A stretch of DNA of 64,000 nt from Hyphomicrobiales bacterium (lineage in GTDB: Bacteria; Bacteroidota; Bacteroidia; Bacteroidales; JBGRPZ01): NCBI GenBank assembly GCA_041725915.1, contig JBGRPZ010000009.1:499-64498 (forward strand), in the 5' to 3' direction. The notes below the pieces were generated by a model, which had not been told where the DNA came from, ran no database searches, and was given only the letters and a program-made list of their open reading frames with translations. A program made the position numbers and the translations under genes. Below are positions 59,407 to 64,000 of this stretch, piece after piece. How positions within the stretch are numbered: the first letter of the stretch is position 1; each line of letters starts with the position of its first letter.

Positions 59407-59559
59407 CTTATATGTTATAAACACCAGCAAAAGTAGGTGGAGGTCCTGTAAAATGAGGACTTGAGAAAGGTAGATTATCATCACCTAATCCAAAACTCAT
59501 CTTAGAGATAACAGTTTTGTTTAATGCGAGTGCATTATGTAATTCTGTTGTTTTCTTCA
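59407..59559 (-). CDS. small leader-bearing peptide P4 (50 aa), Pro-rich Cys-free core
   Basis: My translation is MKKTTELHNALALNKTVISKMSFGLGDDNLPFSSPHFTGPPPTFAGVYNI*. The leader is shared with P5/P6 (L.LNKT.ISKMS). Confidence 0.55.
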
Positions 59560-59819
59560 TTTTGTTATCTTTTTAAATGTTTTAAGCAAACATTGGAAGG
59601 ATTTAATAATAGAATGGTATTTTGATATTACTATTAAAAGAGGAGATGATTTTAATCATCTGCTTTCTTTTATTTGAATGAGTATTTATGTTGATTTATT
59701 ATAAATAAGGTACAAGATCTTGTAAGCATGAGAGTGTATAATGTTGTTAATGCTTTTGTATGCTTGGGTTTTATATAGATTAGTAATTATGCTTGTATTT
59801 GAATAGTTTTTATAAAAAA

Positions 59820-59850
59820 AGCCTGAATAAAAGATGATTTTATTCAGGCT
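59820..59850 (-). terminator. terminator of peptide gene P5
   Basis: AGCCTGAATAAAA-gatga-TTTTATTCAGGCT is followed by T7 on the minus strand, 23 nt after the stop. Confidence 0.65.
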
Positions 59851-59872
59851 TTCAAATTGGTAGATAATTTAT

Positions 59873-60019
59873 CTACATTCCAATATTACAACCATCTAAT
59901 GAGGTTCCTGTCCAAGTGATAGTTGAAGAAGATTTGTTTTCATTAGAAACAAGACTCATCTTAGAGATAAGAGTTTTATTTAATGAAAGCTTGTTATATG
60001 ATCTTGTTGCTTTATTCAT
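59873..60019 (-). CDS. small leader-bearing peptide P5 (48 aa)
   Basis: ORF track 59873..60073. By homology with P6 the real start is the internal Met: MNKATRSYNKLSLNKTLISKMSLVSNENKSSSTITWTGTSLDGCNIGM*. Confidence 0.6.
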   Translation of the reverse strand: MNKATRSYNKLSLNKTLISKMSLVSNENKSSSTITWTGTSLDGCNIGM

Positions 60020-60226
60020 TTCTCTATTAACTTTTTTACGATTATAACTAAGTGATAAGGTAATATAAACCATTACCTTATTTCTTTCAATAAAGATTTA
60101 TATTGGTTTATCATAAATAGTAAGTAAGACTAGATAGGTTAATCTCATTTTATATAAAAAGGCCTATAAGAGTAATTTGTATAAGCTTTTAACTTTTAAG
60201 TATTATTGACCTACCTATATTCAAAC

Positions 60227-60370
60227 TTAGCACTTACCATGTGAGAAGGTCGTTACAGTAAGAGTAGTGATAATTGTTGAAGTTTTGTTTTCGTGTGAAA
60301 CAACACCCACCTTAGATACGAGAGTTTTGTTTAGTAAGAGCTTATTATATGATCTTGTTGTTTTATTCAT
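60227..60370 (-). CDS. small leader-bearing peptide P6 (47 aa)
   Basis: My base-by-base translation is MNKTTRSYNKLLLNKTLVSKVGVVSHENKTSTIITTLTVTTFSHGKC*. 16 of its first 20 residues are identical to P5. Confidence 0.6.
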   Translation of the reverse strand: MNKTTRSYNKLLLNKTLVSKVGVVSHENKTSTIITTLTVTTFSHGKC

Positions 60371-60587
60371 TTCTATATTTATTTATGTGATAATACACAA
60401 ATTACTCTTATCTAAACATCATTATAACATGTATGATTATTTTATTTAGATTCAAACTGAATAGAAGAGTGTTTTTTTTATTGACACTTACCTTGTATGT
60501 TCTATTTGATCAAAGGTTTACTTAATTGTTAATTATTGTTAATTACTTACTTGTATTTCAAATATTAGTGTTTTTTGATATAAAAAA

Positions 60588-60613
60588 GGCACTACTTATA
60601 TTTAGGTAGTGCC
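60588..60613 (-). terminator. terminator of S8 peptidase gene 1
   Basis: GGCACTAC-ttatatttag-GTAGTGCC is followed by T6 on the minus strand, 25 nt after the stop. Confidence 0.6.
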
Positions 60614-60637
60614 TTTCCGGTATTAAGGGTTATAGGT

Positions 60638-62740
60638 TTATTTCTTTATGAACTTATATTGCTCAATAGCCTTACCATTAGAAGATTTGATTAGATATAA
60701 ACCAGAGTTCCAATTATTGGTATTGACTTTAATATTCTTCTGTTGTTGATTGGTTTGTTGCTTGTAGACCAAGCCACCCATAGTATTGTAGATTTCGATA
60801 TTACAATTATTATCACCATTCATTTTCAATTGCAGATAGTCGTTGCATGGGTTAGGGTATATGTTTCTCAGTACTTTATTATCATAACCAGAGATCTCTT
60901 CAGTATCAACAGTATTTACAAGAGTTTTATAGATGTTTATCTTTCCAAAACCCCACTTGTTATCAGGAGTGGTAAGCTCTCCTGTAAATTCATCCTTATC
61001 AGTATTAGCAAATAAGATATCACGAATTTCCTTATTGGTAAGTGTCGGATTCTTTTCTAAAAGAAGAGCAATAGCACCAGTAACAGCAGGGCAAGACATA
61101 GAAGTACCACTCTTACTAACATGTTTATTCTCTTTGTTATTTGCTGCAGCAGAAATGACAAACATTCCCGGGGCAGAGATTTCAGGCTTTATTCTACCAT
61201 CAATAGTAGGCCCTTGAGAAGAAAAAGGCATAAACTCACCTTTTTGATAACCTTCTTCTGGTCTATTCACATATCCACCAACAGTAATTGTGCTTTTACT
61301 ACTTCCGGGAGTACCTATAGCGTAAGAGTTGTCAGGATAAATATAATTATCATATGTTGCCAAATCAAATTCTTTAGGGTTATGTATAAACTTCCCAAAT
61401 AGACGCCATAGATGCATTTTACCAGAACCTTTCATGTAAAGTCTTATCCAGCTTACTCCTTTATTTGTTTGTTTGGTTTTTATTTCTTCATCCAGTTTAA
61501 TAGAAACCTCAGAATATTCTTCATTTCTTTTGGATATAGTTACATGTATAGTTGCAGCAATGCTATTATCCCTATAGGGGATTTCAAATACTTTCTCATC
61601 ATCTATATCTGCTATTTCTTTTAGGGTGATATAGTTAGTCTTTTTGATAAACATAGAAGGAAAAGTGTTCGCATTCTCAGTAGTAATACTGTCTAAACCA
61701 AATGCTATAGATATTTTATTCAAATCTTCATTTTTGACAGCTCCGTGTAGATCTATACGATGAGAAGAGACTGTATAAGGAATCACCCAAGTCCATTGCT
61801 CATCTGTTTTTGTTTCTGCTTTTATGTGTATCAAATGTTTACCTGAGTTTCCAGCAGCGTTTACAAAAGCTCTACCATGTTTTTCATTCACTAATTCGCT
61901 TAGCATTATCTCCATAGGATCAGAGCCATTGTGAAGAGACCTTTGAAAACCGTAACTAGCATTTATTACACAAGGACGATTTAATTTATCTGCAATACTA
62001 TATATATAGTTTGCAGCATCAACAGAAGGTGTGGATTCAAGAAAACTAATTTTTACTACAACAATATCTGCCTCAGGAGCAACACCAAGGTTTCCAGCAG
62101 CAATACCAGCAACATGAGTTCCGTGACCTAAGTCATCTTTAAAGGGGATTTTTGTATTGCTATTAATACTTGCTTCAATTTCCTCTTTTGTATATTCTCT
62201 TCCATATGGAACGCTTTGAGACTTCTTGAATTCTGATGCCTTTTGATCCCATATAGCAAGTATTCTTGATTTTGAAGGATCATCAGGAACTCTAAAATCT
62301 TCATGCTCTATATCAATACCAGAGTCAATAATACCAACAATGACACCTTTGCCTTTATAAGGTTTGTTCAGAGGTTTTTCTCCTTGATGCACTTTGATAG
62401 CTTCAATGTTTTTTATTACTTCATTCGTGCTTGGTTGCATAGACCTAGCCAGTTGAATGTGTTTTACTCCTTTAGAAAGAGAAAGAGTTTCTAACGTTTT
62501 ATAAGGTATTCTTGCTGTAAGAAGAGAAGAGGTGACAGTATTTATATCACCTCCATTCTCTGAAATTATACCTTTGATTATATCTATATTTCCTTCAACA
62601 AACACATTATAGTTTATTGAACTTCTTTTGGTGTTATTAGAGAGTTTTGATTTTAATTCAATATCCAGTTTGCTGTAATCTTGGCTGAATAGATTTAGTG
62701 ATAATATGACTATTGAAATAGTAAATATTAAAGGTCTCAT
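60638..62740 (-). CDS. S8 subtilisin-like serine peptidase with T9SS C-terminal sorting domain
   Basis: 700 aa with a signal peptide. Triad VGIIDSGID (Asp), HGTHVAGI (His), GTSMSCP (Ser). The tail NIYPNPCNDYLQLKM...GLYLIKSSNGKAIEQYKFIKK is a Por secretion tail. Confidence 0.85.
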   Translation of the reverse strand: MRPLIFTISIVILSLNLFSQDYSKLDIELKSKLSNNTKRSSINYNVFVEGNIDIIKGIISENGGDINTVTSSLLTARIPYKTLETLSLSKGVKHIQLARSMQPSTNEVIKNIEAIKVHQGEKPLNKPYKGKGVIVGIIDSGIDIEHEDFRVPDDPSKSRILAIWDQKASEFKKSQSVPYGREYTKEEIEASINSNTKIPFKDDLGHGTHVAGIAAGNLGVAPEADIVVVKISFLESTPSVDAANYIYSIADKLNRPCVINASYGFQRSLHNGSDPMEIMLSELVNEKHGRAFVNAAGNSGKHLIHIKAETKTDEQWTWVIPYTVSSHRIDLHGAVKNEDLNKISIAFGLDSITTENANTFPSMFIKKTNYITLKEIADIDDEKVFEIPYRDNSIAATIHVTISKRNEEYSEVSIKLDEEIKTKQTNKGVSWIRLYMKGSGKMHLWRLFGKFIHNPKEFDLATYDNYIYPDNSYAIGTPGSSKSTITVGGYVNRPEEGYQKGEFMPFSSQGPTIDGRIKPEISAPGMFVISAAANNKENKHVSKSGTSMSCPAVTGAIALLLEKNPTLTNKEIRDILFANTDKDEFTGELTTPDNKWGFGKINIYKTLVNTVDTEEISGYDNKVLRNIYPNPCNDYLQLKMNGDNNCNIEIYNTMGGLVYKQQTNQQQKNIKVNTNNWNSGLYLIKSSNGKAIEQYKFIKK
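60960..61079. repeat. 120-bp tract 119/120 identical to 63207..63326 (gene-conversion-like tract between the S8 paralogs)
   Basis: Direct comparison of the two stretches (ttatcaggagtggtaagctctcctgtaaattcatcctt[a/g]tcagtattagcaaataagatatcacgaatttccttattggtaagtgtcggattcttttctaaaagaagagcaatagcacca). Flanking sequence is much more diverged. Confidence 0.9.
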
Positions 62741-62836
62741 AACTTATGTATTAATTATTAATAATTGAATATTAAAGGTATTAATCAATTAGAGTTATCA
62801 TGTTCAAATATAAAAGGTTAGTTAATATACAAAAAA

Positions 62837-62855
62837 AGCCACTCATTGAGTGGCT
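62837..62855 (-). terminator. terminator of S8 peptidase gene 2
   Basis: AGCCACTCA-t-TGAGTGGCT is followed by T7 on the minus strand. Confidence 0.6.
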
Positions 62856-62878
62856 TTCAGATATATATGTAATATAGT

Positions 62879-64000
62879 TTAATTCTTTACAAATTTAATT
62901 TGTTCAAAGGTATTACCACTATAAGACTTGATCAAGTATAGACCGGGATTCCAACTATTGGTATTGACTTTAATGTCCTTTTGTTGTTGATTGGTTTTGT
63001 TCTTATAAACTAGACTACCCATAGAGTTATATATTTCGATATCACAGCTGGTAGTACTATTTACTTTCAGTTGTATATATTCGTTACATGGGTTAGGGTA
63101 GATATTGTGGATAAGTTGGTGTTTAGCTGAAGTAATAATTTTGGTACTAGCAATAGCAGTGTTAGTTATAGCTTTAAAGATATTCAGTTTACCATATCCC
63201 CATTTATTATCAGGAGTGGTAAGCTCTCCTGTAAATTCATCCTTGTCAGTATTAGCAAATAAGATATCACGAATTTCCTTATTGGTAAGTGTCGGATTCT
63301 TTTCTAAAAGAAGAGCAATAGCACCAACAACAACGGGGCATGCCATAGATGTGCCACTTTGGATTATATGTTTCTGATCTTCACTAATACCAAGTTCAGA
63401 GCCCATACCAGAGAGTGCAGACATGACGAACATTCCCGGCGCAGAGATTTCTGGTTTAATCCTACCATCCAATGTTGGTCCTTGGGAAGAGAAGAGAGCA
63501 AAGTCACCAGCTTTGTATTTATCGCTATAATCAATGATATTGCCTAAAGAGTTTGTCCAGCTAGTTCTATTAATATATGCACCAGCAGTAATTATACGTT
63601 TTGCGTTTCCGGGAGTGCTTATAATACTTGAATTATCAGGATTAATGTAATTATCATCAACTGTTAGGTTGGCAGCTTGAGGGTTATATGCAGTTCTTCC
63701 TCTTTGATTCCATATATGCATTTCACCAGAGCCTTTGGCATAGAGTCTTATCCAGCCTATTCCTTTGTTTGTTTGCTGATCTTTTATATCTTCATTGATA
63801 ACAATAGTAACTTCCGAATACTCTTCATTTTTCTTAGCTATTATTATATCAATATTTGCAGCATTACTATTGTCTCTGTATAGAATAGTAAGTCTTTTAG
63901 CATTATCGCTATCGGCAATTTCTTTTAAGGTGATATATTCTGTTTTTTTAATGAATTCAGAAGGTAAGATTCTGTTTTCTCCTTCAAATGTAGTACTGTC
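62879..64000 (-). CDS. S8 subtilisin-like peptidase paralog with T9SS tail, 3' part (runs off the right window edge)
   Basis: The ORF track starts at an internal Met (63721), but the frame stays open to 64000. My translation upstream (...FIKKTEYITLKEIADSDNAKRLTILYRDNSNAANIDIIIAKKNEEYSEVTIVINEDIKDQQTNKGIGWIRLYAKGSGEMHIW...) aligns with residues ~365-460 of the neighbouring S8. It contains GTSMACP (Ser) and a Por tail. Confidence 0.8.
   Translation of the reverse strand, partial: DSTTFEGENRILPSEFIKKTEYITLKEIADSDNAKRLTILYRDNSNAANIDIIIAKKNEEYSEVTIVINEDIKDQQTNKGIGWIRLYAKGSGEMHIWNQRGRTAYNPQAANLTVDDNYINPDNSSIISTPGNAKRIITAGAYINRTSWTNSLGNIIDYSDKYKAGDFALFSSQGPTLDGRIKPEISAPGMFVMSALSGMGSELGISEDQKHIIQSGTSMACPVVVGAIALLLEKNPTLTNKEIRDILFANTDKDEFTGELTTPDNKWGYGKLNIFKAITNTAIASTKIITSAKHQLIHNIYPNPCNEYIQLKVNSTTSCDIEIYNSMGSLVYKNKTNQQQKDIKVNTNSWNPGLYLIKSYSGNTFEQIKFVKN
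63207..63326. repeat. partner of the 120-bp near-identical tract at 60960..61079
   Basis: See 60960..61079. Confidence 0.9.

Noticed and set aside
60267-60449. 60-aa plus-strand ORF overlapping peptide gene P6.
   Set aside because: It is antisense to P6, which is supported by strong paralogy with P5. The plus-strand product has no such support.

Overview
This is an AT-rich chromosomal segment that looks like Bacteroidota. Four large secreted proteins end in T9SS (Por) C-terminal sorting domains. There is a TonB-dependent receptor. Two promoters match the Bacteroidetes TTTG-N19-TAnnTTTG consensus.

Most of the window is ordinary housekeeping and accessory metabolism:
- Sulfur and redox: msrA fragment, DUF1223, cysE-cysK.
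- hydG and ligA.
- Two tandem tRNA-CAU genes and two EamA transporter paralogs.
- A cAMP signalling cluster: class III cyclase, HD protein, class II phosphodiesterase, two tandem-USP proteins.
- arcA, a PfkB kinase, an Orn/Lys/Arg decarboxylase with an NhaC-type transporter, glycerate kinase and an alpha-keto-acid decarboxylase.
- An unusually dense set of secreted peptidases: M28, S9, S1C, C25 gingipain-like, tricorn-like and two S8 enzymes.
- A 1389-aa BspA-LRR/cadherin adhesin.

The most interesting region is the AT-rich stretch 53.9-64 kb. By translating the minus strand I found six small genes (47-54 aa) that are all below the ORF-track cutoff. They share a conserved N-terminal leader (M-[KN]-K..T....[NR]K-L-x-L-[NKS]-K-x-x-[IV]-[SC]-[KN]) and have divergent cores rich in Cys, Ser and Thr. 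Each gene has its own hairpin terminator. They form two triplets flanking an HU-like/DUF4469 gene and an MBOAT plus AlgX/AlgJ-like acyltransferase pair, and they sit next to two tandem S8 subtilases. No known RiPP maturase or C39 exporter lies in the window. This may be an undescribed peptide system, or the maturases may lie beyond the right edge.

A second class of unexplained signal is four intergenic arrays of short tandem direct repeats. Three are phased at about 21-22 bp; the fourth is irregular. One has six perfect 17-mers separated by 4-5 nt variable spacers. Two strong sigma-54-type promoter matches (TGGCAT-N5-TTGC) were also found. All protein family calls rest on motifs I recognised by eye; no searches were run.
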